A DNA stretch of 52,110 nt from Candidatus Zixiibacteriota bacterium (GCA_029932605.1 JAOZPT010000004.1:40203-92312); one strand, 5' to 3'. Shown: positions 37,714 to 48,347, counted from the first letter of the stretch. Notes: generated from the letters alone by a model not told the origin. Program-made: numbers and translations.

Positions 37714-40689
37714 ATGAAAGTCTCAAGAAGAGGATTCATAAAAATAACCGGAGCTACAACAGGCGGTACAATTTTGGGCTCTCTCGGGTTTTTCCCTCAA
37801 AGAGCTGAGGCTCAAGCACTGGAGCTGAAAATAAAATATGCCAAAGAAAGCACTACTATTTGCCCTTATTGTGCTGTGGGATGCAGTCAAATAGTATCTG
37901 TGAGCAATGGCAAGATAATTAACATTGAAGGTGACCCTGACCATCCCGTTAACCAGGGGTCCCTGTGTAGCAAAGGTGAAGCTTTGATCCAGGTTGCTAA
38001 TAATGAGAGAAGACTTACCAAGGTCTTATATCGCGCTCCTTACAGCGACCATTGGGAGGAAAAATCCTGGGACTGGGCTATACCCGAAATGGCAAAAAGG
38101 ATCAAGAAAACCCGAGATGAAAACTGGATTGTAAAGGATAACAAAGGAAGAATAGTAAATCGGGTTGAGGCTTTAGCCGGCTTAGGGGGAGCCGCCCTCG
38201 ACAACGAGGAGTGTTATCTCTGGAGTAAATTAGCCCGATCCCTGGGGATTGTTTATTTAGAACACCAAGCTCGAATATGACACTCTGCCACAGTCGCCAG
38301 TTTGGCGGAAACATTTGGCAGAGGAGCTATGACCAATCACTGGATCGATATCAAGAATGCCGATTGCATTATGATAATCGGATCCAATGCTGCAGAAAAT
38401 CACCCTATATCATTTAAATGGGTGACCAAGGCTATGGAGAACGGGGCTAAGCTCATAAATGTTGATCCCCGTTTCACACGCACTTCATCCAGAGCAGATA
38501 TCTACGCTCCTCTAAGATCCGGAACAGATATCGCACTTATGAACGGAATCATCAATTATGTATTGCAAAATGGCCTTTATAACAAAGAATATCTTGTAGA
38601 CCACACTAACGCCAGTTTTTTAGTCAACCCCGATTTTCACTATAAAGATGGATTATTTTCTGGATTTAACAAAAAGAAGAAAAAATATGACAAAAAAACC
38701 TGGCAGTATCAACTGGACGAGAATGGGATTCCAAAAGTAGATAAAAAGCTTGAGGATCCCAATTGCGTGTTTCAACTTCTGAAAAAATATATGTCCCGCT
38801 ATACATTAGAGAAAGTATCAAGTGTAACCGGGACTCCATCAGAACTTATAATCCAAATCGCTAAAACCTACGGAGCAACCGGCCAGAAAGGTAAGTCGGG
38901 AACCATAATGTATGCTATGGGCACCACCCAACATACTGTTGGTACTCAGAACATCAGAACCTATGCCATGCTTCAGCTTCTCTTAGGCAACATAGGAGTT
39001 GCCGGAGGAGGAATCAATGCCTTAAGAGGTGAATCAAACGTTCAAGGCTCTACCGACCATGCTATCTTATTCCATATTTTACCTGGTTACCTTAAGACCC
39101 CAAGATCAGAAAACCAAACATTAGACCAGTACTTAAAAGCTTGGACTCCCAAATCGAATGACCCTAAAAGCGCTAATTGGTGGCAACATACACCAAAATA
39201 TATGGTCAGTCTTTTAAAAGCTTTCTGGAAAAATAAGGCTAATAAAGATAACGAATTCTGCTACCAATACCTTCCCAAAGTAGGGGCTAATTACTCCCAT
39301 ATCTCAATGTTTGAAACTATGTATGAAGGAACGATAAAAGGGTTAATCTGCATGGGACAAAATCCTGCTGTGGGTGGACCAAATGTCTACAAAGGAAGAA
39401 AAGCACTTCAGAAACTGGATTGGCTTATTGCCGTTGATTTGTGGGAGACGGAAACAGGTGCTTTCTGGACTAACCCAGATGTCGATCCCAAGAAGATAAA
39501 GACAGAAGTTTTCATGTTGCCTGCTGCTGCTTCTGTTGAGAAAGAGGGAAGTATCACCAATAGCGGACGCTGGAGTCAATGGAGATACAAGGCGGTTCAT
39601 CCTCCGGGAAATGCAAAAACCGACCTGTGGATTTTAGACCGGCTTTATAAAGAGTTGAAAAAACTTTATACCAGTGAAGGTGGTTCTTTCCCTGACCCGA
39701 TCGTTAATCTGAACTGGGATTATGGCGAGAACGATGAACCCGATGTACACTTGGTAGCCAAAGAGATAAACGGCTATGATCTAAAAACAGGTAAATTGTT
39801 ACCATCGTTCGGCAAGCTTAAAGACGATGGTTCAACTCTCTCGGGAAACTGGCTTTATTGTGCAAGTTACACTGAAAAGGGTAACATGGCGGCTCGCAGA
39901 GACCTTACTGATGCTCCTAACAACATTGGGCTATATCCTAAATGGTCGTGGTGCTGGCCAGTAAACCGTAGGATCATATATAACAGGGCTTCCTGCGACC
40001 TTAATGGTAACCCTTATGCACCTCACAAGTGGGTGGTAAGGTGGACTGGTCCTGAAACCAAATGGGTCGGTGATGTTCCTGATGGTGGATGGCCTCCTGG
40101 AGATAAATACTCCTTCATCATGAAACCTGAAGGCCATGCCAGGCTCTTTGGTTTTGGTTTGGCAGATGGCCCCTTCCCCGAACACTATGAACCTCTTGAA
40201 AGTCCAGTGAAAAATATATTCTCTCCCGTCCAGAATAACCCTGCTATCGTCATTTGGGCCAAGGATATGGATGATATAGGAGATGCAAGTCGTTATCCTA
40301 TCATTGCAACCACATACAGGGTTACCGAACACTGGCAGGCGGGTCAGATGACCAGAAATAATCCCTGGTTGGTTGAACTTATGCCGGACATGTTCGTAGA
40401 GATGAGCAAATCCTTAGCTAAAGAAAAAGAAATCAAAAACGGAGACAGAGTTAGGATTAGCACTGCTCGGGGGGAAATAACCGCATACGCAGTGGTGACT
40501 GACCGTTTCAAGCCCTTTAAATTAAATGGTAAATCCTACCAGCAGATTGGACTTCCCTGGCATTTCGGATTCAAAGGATTAGCCAAAGGTTGCAGCGCCA
40601 ACTGCCTTACACCAAATGTAGGAGATGCCAACACTATGATCCCTGAATACAAAGCTTTCCTTTGTGATGTAGCTAAGGAGGTAGGATAA
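37714..40689 (+). CDS. fdnG: Formate dehydrogenase-N/O-type alpha subunit, selenocysteine-containing, Tat-exported
   Basis: SRRGFIK Tat motif; CPYCAVGC..CSKG; EHQARI-U-HSATV across TGA 38278-38280; ALRGESNVQG; 991 aa when read through. Confidence 0.95.
38283..38323 (+). promoter_or_regulatory. SECIS element of fdnG
   Basis: CTCTGCCA/TGGCAGAG lower stem plus CGCCA-GTT-TGGCG upper stem immediately 3' of the UGA. Confidence 0.8.
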
Positions 40690-40690
40690 A

Positions 40691-41509
40691 ATGGCAGTAA
40701 AAGGTATGCTATTTGATATGGAAAAGTGCATTGCCTGCAGATCATGCCAGGTTGCTTGCAAGCAGTGGAATGAGTTGCCAGCTGAAAAAACCGTTTTCTT
40801 TGCAGCTAAAGGTGGATACCAGAATCCAATAGCACTTTCCCCAAAAACATATTCCATGATCAAATTTTACGAGGTGGAAATAGAAGATAATCTTAAATGG
40901 CTTTTTAGAACCCATCGCTGTTTGCACTGCGTTGATCCAGCTTGCGTGAAAGCCTGCCCTGTTGAACCGGTCAAGGCCATGACTCACATAAAAGAGCTTG
41001 GGATTGTCTACGTCAACAAAGACCTCTGTATTGGATGCGGAGCCTGCAACGAATATTGCCCATGGCATATTCCTCAGATCGATGATAAGACTGAAAAGTC
41101 GTCTAAATGCACTTTCTGTGTGGATCGGGTGACAAATGGGTTAGAACCTGCATGCGCCAAAGCCTGTCCTACCGGCGCTATCACATTCGACGACTATGAC
41201 AAGATATTAGAAATGGCTCATAAAGCTAAAAAAAGGCTTGAGGAGAAGGGAAGACATCCTCAGATTTACGGAGAAAAGGAGCTTGGCACCGGAACTCATA
41301 AGATCTTCGTTTTGCCCGAACCCATAGATTTTTATCCCGACCTCCCTAAAAATCCAAAAGTCTCGGAAGACCTCGGATTTTTCAAGGATTTGTTAAAACC
41401 GTTTGGCAAATTGACTCTCACCGCTTCGGTAATAGGCATGTTAATTGCCAAGGTTAAAGAAAGAAAAGAGGAAATAAAAATAGAATTAACTAAACAAAAA
41501 GGAGATTAA
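40691..41509 (+). CDS. fdnH: Formate dehydrogenase iron-sulfur (beta) subunit
   Basis: Four Cys clusters (CIACRSCQVAC, CLHCVDPAC..ACP, CIGCGACNEYCP, CTFC..PACAKACP); short C-terminal hydrophobic segment. Confidence 0.9.
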   Translation: MAVKGMLFDMEKCIACRSCQVACKQWNELPAEKTVFFAAKGGYQNPIALSPKTYSMIKFYEVEIEDNLKWLFRTHRCLHCVDPACVKACPVEPVKAMTHIKELGIVYVNKDLCIGCGACNEYCPWHIPQIDDKTEKSSKCTFCVDRVTNGLEPACAKACPTGAITFDDYDKILEMAHKAKKRLEEKGRHPQIYGEKELGTGTHKIFVLPEPIDFYPDLPKNPKVSEDLGFFKDLLKPFGKLTLTASVIGMLIAKVKERKEEIKIELTKQKGD

Positions 41510-42553
41510 ATGAAGACAAAAATCAGCATTTTAACAGCCTTATTTATAATCCTTGCGCTTGTTCTCGTTCAGACATCCTCAGCCCAGATGGCCGAGGTTA
41601 AGGTGGGCAAGGGGACACTAAAAATGGGAGGCATTCTTCAGGCAGGATATACTTTCCACCTTGAGGATGACGAAGGGTATAATTCCTTCACTTTGAATAG
41701 GGCTCGTTTTCTCTTCTGGGGAGATATCATTCCAGACAAGGTTAAATACTTCGTCCAGCTTGACCATAAGGGAAATGTCAGTGTTTTAGATTATAAAGCC
41801 CGATTCTTCTATATCTCCAACACCGAAATTACCGTTGGCAGGTTCCTGCCTAATTTCACTCTTTACATGCCATACTCTACTGCCAAGCTGGAGATGATTA
41901 ATTATCCCTTAACCACTCAGAGATTTGCCGTATGGCGACAGGTGGGCATACAGACAACCACCAAAACCGAATACGTCGATTTCAATCTGGGTATCTTCAA
42001 CGGCGCAGATCAGCCCAACAATACTTCAGATAATAACGATGCCAAGGATTTCCTGCTCAGGGCAAACATCAAGCCACCCATCGAACAGGCAAAAGTGTTG
42101 TTTGGTGGTTACGCCTGGATTGGTAGTGCTGACCCCGGTTTCGGCTTAACGGAAGAGGGCACGGTTAAGAGAAATCGTTTCGGTGGATTCGCTAAGGTCG
42201 ATTATAAGGCTACCGAAGACGTTACTGTTAAGTTCAGAGGTGAATTCCTGATGGCTTCTACCGAACATCTTACCTTTGCTGATATGGACAGTGTAGCTTG
42301 TATCGACGCTCAGGCTTTCTTTGCTCACGTTGGTATCCAACCTACTCCAAAAGTAGAGGTTCTGTTCCGTTATGATTTCCACGATCCTGATACAGACACC
42401 GACGACGATGGCGAATCCTGGATAACCGCAGGCGTAAATTATTATCTCGAATCTATTAATTCCATGTTCTACTTGAATTATATCAGCAAGATTGAACAAG
42501 GAACCGATGTAGATAACGATCTAATTGTGGCTCAAGTCCAAATTGCATTTTAA
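41510..42553 (+). CDS. Porin (OprO/OprP-like outer-membrane barrel)
   Basis: Signal peptide, F.LNRAR..F.G, GIFNG, GVNYY, C-terminal QIAF. Confidence 0.7.
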   Translation: MKTKISILTALFIILALVLVQTSSAQMAEVKVGKGTLKMGGILQAGYTFHLEDDEGYNSFTLNRARFLFWGDIIPDKVKYFVQLDHKGNVSVLDYKARFFYISNTEITVGRFLPNFTLYMPYSTAKLEMINYPLTTQRFAVWRQVGIQTTTKTEYVDFNLGIFNGADQPNNTSDNNDAKDFLLRANIKPPIEQAKVLFGGYAWIGSADPGFGLTEEGTVKRNRFGGFAKVDYKATEDVTVKFRGEFLMASTEHLTFADMDSVACIDAQAFFAHVGIQPTPKVEVLFRYDFHDPDTDTDDDGESWITAGVNYYLESINSMFYLNYISKIEQGTDVDNDLIVAQVQIAF

Positions 42554-42567
42554 GAGGGAAGATAGCC

Positions 42568-43224
42568 ATGACAGATAAAAAGAAAATAATTCTAATTGTA
42601 ATCCTTTTCGGCTCCTTATGGGGAATGCTTGAAGCTTTCGGCATCAGCATAATGCGAGGGACAGGATTTCACTTCCGCTCCTCTATCCTGGCGTTTTTAG
42701 GCGTTATTATTCTGATGGCCGCACGGATAGTATTACCCAGAGCCGGTTCAACCTCCGTAGCAGGTTTAATAGCTGCCGGTTTTAAATTTTTGAGCTTAGC
42801 CACCATCTTACCCTGCCAGATTGCCGCTGTAATAGGACAGGCGGTGATATTCGATATCGCTTTCACTATCGCCGAAAGGAAAAACGTGTTTAGTCGAAAA
42901 CTGGCACCGGGACTTATCGCTATATCGGCTTGTTTTGCGTCCTATCTTCTGTTTGCATTTAGCCAGGCTTACCTGTTCGGCAATCCCTACTGGTTTGAAA
43001 GAGGAATAGAGGGTCTGTTAAAATGGGTAATCACCGATGGTAGTGTGGCTGCAGTATTGAGCTTTGCGGGCATCTATGCTGGAATCATGATCGGACGGTC
43101 ATCCTTAAAACTGTTGGATAACTGGTACACTATCCGGAGACCCCTATTCTATATCAGCCTTATAACAGTCTCCATGACATGCTGGATTCTGGTTGCTTTA
43201 CTAACATCTGTGGGTGCAGTATAA
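42568..43224 (+). CDS. Integral membrane protein, ECF S-component-like
   Basis: About six TM segments, LFGSLWGMLE N-terminal motif. Confidence 0.5.
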   Translation: MTDKKKIILIVILFGSLWGMLEAFGISIMRGTGFHFRSSILAFLGVIILMAARIVLPRAGSTSVAGLIAAGFKFLSLATILPCQIAAVIGQAVIFDIAFTIAERKNVFSRKLAPGLIAISACFASYLLFAFSQAYLFGNPYWFERGIEGLLKWVITDGSVAAVLSFAGIYAGIMIGRSSLKLLDNWYTIRRPLFYISLITVSMTCWILVALLTSVGAV

Positions 43225-43331
43225 AGCTAAAATGTGATGAGTCGTTAAGAGCTCCCTCTAAAGAAGGAGGTTAAACCGGAAAGTATATTTTTACCGATAA
43301 GAGTGCGTTTTTTGTAATTGATTTAAACTGG

Positions 43332-43369
43332 AGGGTGGTTATTAAGATCGTTAATATGGCCACCCTTTT
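43332..43369 (+). terminator. Hairpin followed by a short T-tract inside the 220-nt intergenic region
   Basis: AGGGTGGTT-ATTAA-GATCG-TTAAT-AT-GGCCACCCT followed by TTT. Confidence 0.45.
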
Positions 43370-43445
43370 GAAAATATCTTCCGGTTAAATCCTGAAGAAA
43401 TAATAAAAAATGAAATCAGTTTAAGAAAAGGAGAAGATTTTTTCG

Positions 43446-44198
43446 ATGAACGACAAAATTAATCCTATAACCACCTTAATTATAGGGACTATTATCTCGG
43501 TCTGTATCGCCTTAGCCGGTTGTGGCAAGGATAACTCAACCAATCCACCTGATGAAAGCGAATTCAGTGTGTTTGTGACACTGGATACAACGATTATCGA
43601 AAAAGATTTTGCCGATATGACACCTGTCACATTCGAGGGGGAAAATGCTATCAGGATATCTGATTTTATCGATATCGTTGTCGAGGAGGACACCCTGTAT
43701 CAGCTATATGCCTATCGTATAATCGGTTCTGACGGTTTTTATGCTCACACTAACCCCGGTTATCCCGATAACTCCTGGGAAGAAATCCAGATGGGATACC
43801 TTCTAACCGCCAATCGCAATGCGGTCTGGGAATCCTCCCTCGAGCTTGCCAGCCGTTATTTTGTTGACGATGTCGACACGATCCGGCTTATTCGTAAATT
43901 CGATATCATTACACAAACAGACACTACGCCCGTAATAATCGAGGATGTGGATACTGTTTCAATTGAGGACACCCTCTGCATTAAGCTAACGGAAATAGTG
44001 TTGATTGCAGACCCACAATTTGAGCTGGACACGACGGCTACCTACACTCTAAAAGCGGCTGACGGGTTTTCAATCGATTTTACTGGCTCTGAGTTTGATA
44101 CAGGATACTGGTCATTGGTCTCTAAAAAAACCAAATTCCTACCCGATTTGGGTGGCAGTTCAAGGGTTAAGGGTTTGGAGTCTATAATCATACCATGA
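43446..44198 (+). CDS. Acidic lipoprotein of unknown function
   Basis: Lipobox LAGC; two loosely similar halves (Y.I.GSDGF / YTLKAADGF). Confidence 0.75.
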   Translation: MNDKINPITTLIIGTIISVCIALAGCGKDNSTNPPDESEFSVFVTLDTTIIEKDFADMTPVTFEGENAIRISDFIDIVVEEDTLYQLYAYRIIGSDGFYAHTNPGYPDNSWEEIQMGYLLTANRNAVWESSLELASRYFVDDVDTIRLIRKFDIITQTDTTPVIIEDVDTVSIEDTLCIKLTEIVLIADPQFELDTTATYTLKAADGFSIDFTGSEFDTGYWSLVSKKTKFLPDLGGSSRVKGLESIIIP

Positions 44199-46126
44199 AG
44201 GTTGTTTTCCTTTCAGGGTTATTGACATTTGCGCTTATCACTGGGTTAACCGCTACCGAACCACCTGATACTCTTTTCCTAAGAGGCGATAGCCTAAAAG
44301 TTTATTATCTTGGAAAGATTGTCGTCTACCCTGGTCCCGATATTAATCCCGGTTACCTCTCCGTTACTTCTGCTTTTTGTATTAATCGAAAGACACTTAA
44401 AAACTCCAATTATGAAGACCTTTCTGACGCCCTGAAGATGGTTCCTGGAATGGATATAACAACCGGTTATAAAAGCCAGGCTTCTTTAAAGCTAAGAGGT
44501 TTTCAGCCAAAACATACTGTTGTTCTTGTTGATGGAAGGCCTGTCAATGAACCATACTACGGATACATTGACCTTTCATCCTTACTGATAGACGATATCT
44601 CCACTATAAACGTATACAAAGGATTAACACCTCCCGGAGCCGGGGCTAACGCCATGGCTGGAGCGGTTAACATAGTTTCGTCTGCACCAGCAAGCCAGAA
44701 TTATATGCGAGCCGATATTTCTTATAGCAGTGGTGAAACATCACATCTTGGCCTAACCTCCGGACGTCGTTTCCTTAAAAGAAACGATGAATATTACTAT
44801 CTGATTTCCGTTGCCAAAAACAAAAGCGATGGCTATCCTATATCGAAAAAAACACATCCTTCTGGTTACGATGATACTGGTCTTCGGGATAATAGCGACT
44901 ATGACAACCTCAACCTTAATTATAAACTTGGATATCTTAATCACTCATTAGGAGAGCTGGGTCTTTCTCTGGGATATTATAGATCAGAAAAGGGTATCCC
45001 GCCAGCCGAAAAAGGAAGAATAGATTACAGACGTTTTGACGATTGGCGTAGATGGTTTATCGATGCATCAGCAAGGTTAAAGAAATACTCTAAATGGGAC
45101 ATAATGGCAAAAGTTTACTATGACGATTATTACAACACATTGGCTGATTACATGGATGATGGTTATTCAGATGAAAGACTGAACTGGTACTCCACTCATG
45201 ATAACTGGGCACTGGGATTCAACCTTGACATTAATTATAAGGTTTCAAAAAATAAACAGATATCCTTTACCACCCAGGTTAGATCGGAATCAATCAGTCG
45301 ACAGGCAGATCGGGATGAACCGTGGCTATACAATCGTTTAGTATCCGGTTCAACAATACTTGGATATGCCCAGACAATTAGCGGATGGTTCTCCGTTTAT
45401 CTTTCCCTTAACACCAGCTACTTAACTCATGGTCAATTCGACGACATTCAAAGTGTGCTAAATCCACAACTTGGCTTTCAAACCAGTTTAAACGACAACG
45501 TGGCTCTTCGCTTTTCGATTCTTCGCTCAAGTCGGTTCCCAACGGTGCACGAGCTTTACAGCCAATCATCCGGCAACTCGGAGCTGAAATCCGAAAATGC
45601 AACGAAAGTCGATTTCGGACTCGATATCACTCAATTCTTCAAACAGGATTTCAAAACCACGCTATTCTATAGTAAATCAAAAGACTTGATTTACCGTAAA
45701 GGAAAGGGCTTTAAATATCAAAACCGCGCTTCATCTTACACCAGGGGAATTGAGCTTAGTCTCAATGGTAATCTTACAAGAATATCCTATAACAGTTCAT
45801 ATACATTTACCGATAGCAAGGATGGAGAAACGGATAATCGTCTTGAAGAAATCCCCCGCCACAGGTTTTTTATGATGCTCAATTATAACCCCGGATTGGG
45901 CATTAACCTGGGCTTGTCATTCTTATCTGTTTCTGAGAGACCCTGGTATGACAACTACACAGTGCCATCTTATGCTACTTTTAATGGACAATTCTCGAAA
46001 CAACTAGGAAATCATCTGCTGTTTTATGTCAATGTAGATAACATTTTCGATACATTCTACTATGAGGAATATGGATTTTCCATGCCCGGGCGACAGATAA
46101 GTACAGGTATTAAATTAACGTTATAA
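44195..46126 (+). CDS. TonB-dependent receptor
   Basis: Plug motifs L.DAL..VPG, LRGF, VLVDGRP, GAVNIVS; C-terminal VDNIFD..Y......MPGR. Confidence 0.9.
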   Translation: MKVVFLSGLLTFALITGLTATEPPDTLFLRGDSLKVYYLGKIVVYPGPDINPGYLSVTSAFCINRKTLKNSNYEDLSDALKMVPGMDITTGYKSQASLKLRGFQPKHTVVLVDGRPVNEPYYGYIDLSSLLIDDISTINVYKGLTPPGAGANAMAGAVNIVSSAPASQNYMRADISYSSGETSHLGLTSGRRFLKRNDEYYYLISVAKNKSDGYPISKKTHPSGYDDTGLRDNSDYDNLNLNYKLGYLNHSLGELGLSLGYYRSEKGIPPAEKGRIDYRRFDDWRRWFIDASARLKKYSKWDIMAKVYYDDYYNTLADYMDDGYSDERLNWYSTHDNWALGFNLDINYKVSKNKQISFTTQVRSESISRQADRDEPWLYNRLVSGSTILGYAQTISGWFSVYLSLNTSYLTHGQFDDIQSVLNPQLGFQTSLNDNVALRFSILRSSRFPTVHELYSQSSGNSELKSENATKVDFGLDITQFFKQDFKTTLFYSKSKDLIYRKGKGFKYQNRASSYTRGIELSLNGNLTRISYNSSYTFTDSKDGETDNRLEEIPRHRFFMMLNYNPGLGINLGLSFLSVSERPWYDNYTVPSYATFNGQFSKQLGNHLLFYVNVDNIFDTFYYEEYGFSMPGRQISTGIKLTL

Positions 46127-46136
46127 TACAATCAAC

Positions 46137-46706
46137 CTATAGAAGATTTTCCAATTCACGGGGGGTATTAAAGTTAACAAAAGACGACTTATAATTATCA
46201 ACATCCTTAAAATAACTATCCGAAAGAAAACGGACGTCGGCATTTTCAAACAGAAGTGGCAGACAAAGGTCTTTCCTATGTTTTAAAATCTCTATCTTCT
46301 CGATACAGCTCTTATGATAAACCGCATGCAACGGTTGGCGGATTTTATCGATTCGAGGGCATAATATATCCTCATTACCGATATTCTTGATTAGAATCTC
46401 TATAACTTTATTATTTAACGATGGCATATCACATGCCACTGCAAATATCCAGGGGTCAGAAGACTCAACCAATCCAGTATAAATCCCTCCCAGGGCACCT
46501 ACACCATGTATTCGATCCTGAATTACCTCCAGATCTTGGTCTTTGAACATCTCAGGTTGACCTCCTATGACAAGCACTCTATTGAACATATTTAATAGGA
46601 GGTCGTGAATTCTCCTTGCCAACGGTTCACCATCGATTTCCACTAAAGCTTTGTTCTTGCCGAAACGACTGCTTTTTCCGCCTGTAAGTATTATAGCTGT
46701 AGCCAT
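46137..46706 (-). CDS. mobA: Molybdenum cofactor guanylyltransferase
   Basis: ILTGGKSSRFG.NKA, GALGGI, VACDMP, QPLHAVY, NFNTP. Confidence 0.92.
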   Translation of the reverse strand: MATAIILTGGKSSRFGKNKALVEIDGEPLARRIHDLLLNMFNRVLVIGGQPEMFKDQDLEVIQDRIHGVGALGGIYTGLVESSDPWIFAVACDMPSLNNKVIEILIKNIGNEDILCPRIDKIRQPLHAVYHKSCIEKIEILKHRKDLCLPLLFENADVRFLSDSYFKDVDNYKSSFVNFNTPRELENLL

Positions 46707-46737
46707 CGTATAGATAAATGATTTCTAAATTTAAATC

Positions 46738-47475
46738 CTAAAAGTCACCATCCAGAATTACCCGGTTTTCTTTACCATATATACCGGGTTTTCGTTTCAA
46801 TGAATGGCTTATTAAAACTACATTGCATTTCTCGGCCAGTTCTACCGCCAGATTGGTCACAGATCTTTGCGATACCATCAACGATATTCCGCAGATTACA
46901 CCTTTGAAAACCATCTCCGAAGAAATCCGTCCAGTGGTGGTTAAAACCGAATTGGAGAAATCCTGCCCGGACAACAGAGCCATGCCAATAGCTTTGTCAA
47001 CTGCGTTGTGCCGCCCGATATCAGAGCCAAAATAGCACTTGCTGTGGTCATTTATATCAAAAATGACCGTAAAATGAATACCCCCAGAATCGCTTTTTGC
47101 CCGACAGCGTTTCACGGTTTCCCTCATAAACTCTATGACAGTTTTCAACCGAATTTTGAATTTACCGGTGATAACCGGCAACTCCGAAAAATAATGGAGA
47201 GAGCTTATTTGTCCACCCATACAACCCGAGGTAATAATTGGTTTATATTTCTCAAATTGTTCTATCTTACTGCTTCTTAAAAAAACGTTGATATCCGTAG
47301 TATCATCACAGGCATTAATAGAAACAACATCGTCTATATCCTTAATTATCCCCTGGCTGAAAAGCCAACCCATAGCCAGCTCTTTTAACTGTACGGGCGT
47401 ACATAAAAGGTGACTGAAAAATTTTCCATTGACCATCAGTCGTACTAAAGACTCATCAGGCAATTCGGTTTTCAT
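46738..47475 (-). CDS. fdhD: Formate dehydrogenase accessory sulfurtransferase FdhD
   Basis: TSGC, GGIH, DIGRHNAVDKAIG, TTGRISSEMV. ATG at 47475 preferred. Confidence 0.92.
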   Translation of the reverse strand: MKTELPDESLVRLMVNGKFFSHLLCTPVQLKELAMGWLFSQGIIKDIDDVVSINACDDTTDINVFLRSSKIEQFEKYKPIITSGCMGGQISSLHYFSELPVITGKFKIRLKTVIEFMRETVKRCRAKSDSGGIHFTVIFDINDHSKCYFGSDIGRHNAVDKAIGMALLSGQDFSNSVLTTTGRISSEMVFKGVICGISLMVSQRSVTNLAVELAEKCNVVLISHSLKRKPGIYGKENRVILDGDF

Positions 47476-47630
47476 AACTTGCAAATATAGAATAAAAAAG
47501 TTTATTTTCAATACAATTAAAGCAACCCTGAGATTTATCCTAAAAGGGAATTGGACTGCTTTCAGAAAAAGATTAAAAGAAAGCTCAATTCAGGAATAAA
47601 AATAAATAACTTTAAATTTACACGTAATAG

Positions 47631-47798
47631 TTATTCTACTTTCAACTCGAAAACAGCTGTCTTGAATTCATCGTCAATCTTCAGCGATTTCACAATCCCG
47701 ATTAATATATTGCTGGTTATTCGCTGGACAAAATTGTTCAATGAAGCCTCTTTGCCATTTAAAGTTAACCGCACCGTTAATCTTGACTCTTCAACCAT
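47631..47798 (-). CDS. 55-aa protein resembling the C-terminal domain of long MobB proteins (not in the ORF track)
   Basis: MVEESRLTVRLTLNGKEASLNNFVQRITSNILIGIVKSLKIDDEFKTAVFELKVE, with a GGATGGTG RBS, directly downstream of mobB. Confidence 0.65.
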   Translation of the reverse strand: MVEESRLTVRLTLNGKEASLNNFVQRITSNILIGIVKSLKIDDEFKTAVFELKVE

Positions 47799-47855
47799 AT
47801 TAACACCATCCTATTAATTAAAAACCAAGTAAAGCAAAATCTGTTACTTCTAATT

Positions 47856-48347
47856 TTATAAATCTGAATTTTTAAGAGTTTGCAGAAAAACACAAAAATC
47901 ATCAATACTACTTAGGTTAAAATTCGGCACCCCTTCAAGCTCTATCTGTTTACCCCAGACCGCAACGATCTTGCCATTTATGTCATCTCTTAATTTATTA
48001 TCATCAGCTACATATATCTTTGGATAACCAGAATGGGTATCTCCCTCAATAAAAACAAAATCACATTTTCGAAAAATATCATTCTTGAAACCTTCATCTT
48101 CATACCCTAAGCCCGTGAAGACAGCAAGTTCCCTGGAAGATTTAATCATTGTAACAGCCGAACCGGCCATTCTGTGCCTGTGGGTATCTTTTCCCGGTGT
48201 ATCGAACTCCAGATCGTGAAAGGTAGATTTAATAGTGCCGATGATATGACCCCGGCTTTTAAGCTCTTTCGTCAGAATCTCTATAAGTGATGTTTTTCCA
48301 CTTTTCTTGTGGCCTACAATTCCAACAAAAAATGGTGTTTTTTTCAT
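47856..48347 (-). CDS. mobB: Molybdopterin-guanine dinucleotide biosynthesis protein B
   Basis: VGHKKSGKT, D.PGKDT.RH..AG, D.V.IEG. Confidence 0.9.
   Translation of the reverse strand: MKKTPFFVGIVGHKKSGKTSLIEILTKELKSRGHIIGTIKSTFHDLEFDTPGKDTHRHRMAGSAVTMIKSSRELAVFTGLGYEDEGFKNDIFRKCDFVFIEGDTHSGYPKIYVADDNKLRDDINGKIVAVWGKQIELEGVPNFNLSSIDDFCVFLQTLKNSDL

Noticed and set aside
38278..38280. fdnG as a pseudogene or two separate genes
   Set aside because: The UGA sits at the canonical Sec position, followed by His and a SECIS hairpin.
43225..43445. Cobalamin or Moco riboswitch call
   Set aside because: The B12-box and GGGAA elements are absent. There is only a vague CTCCC..GAAGGAG resemblance to the Moco motif 3' end.
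47551..47817. 88-aa plus-strand ORF
   Set aside because: Antisense shadow of the better supported 55-aa minus-strand gene.
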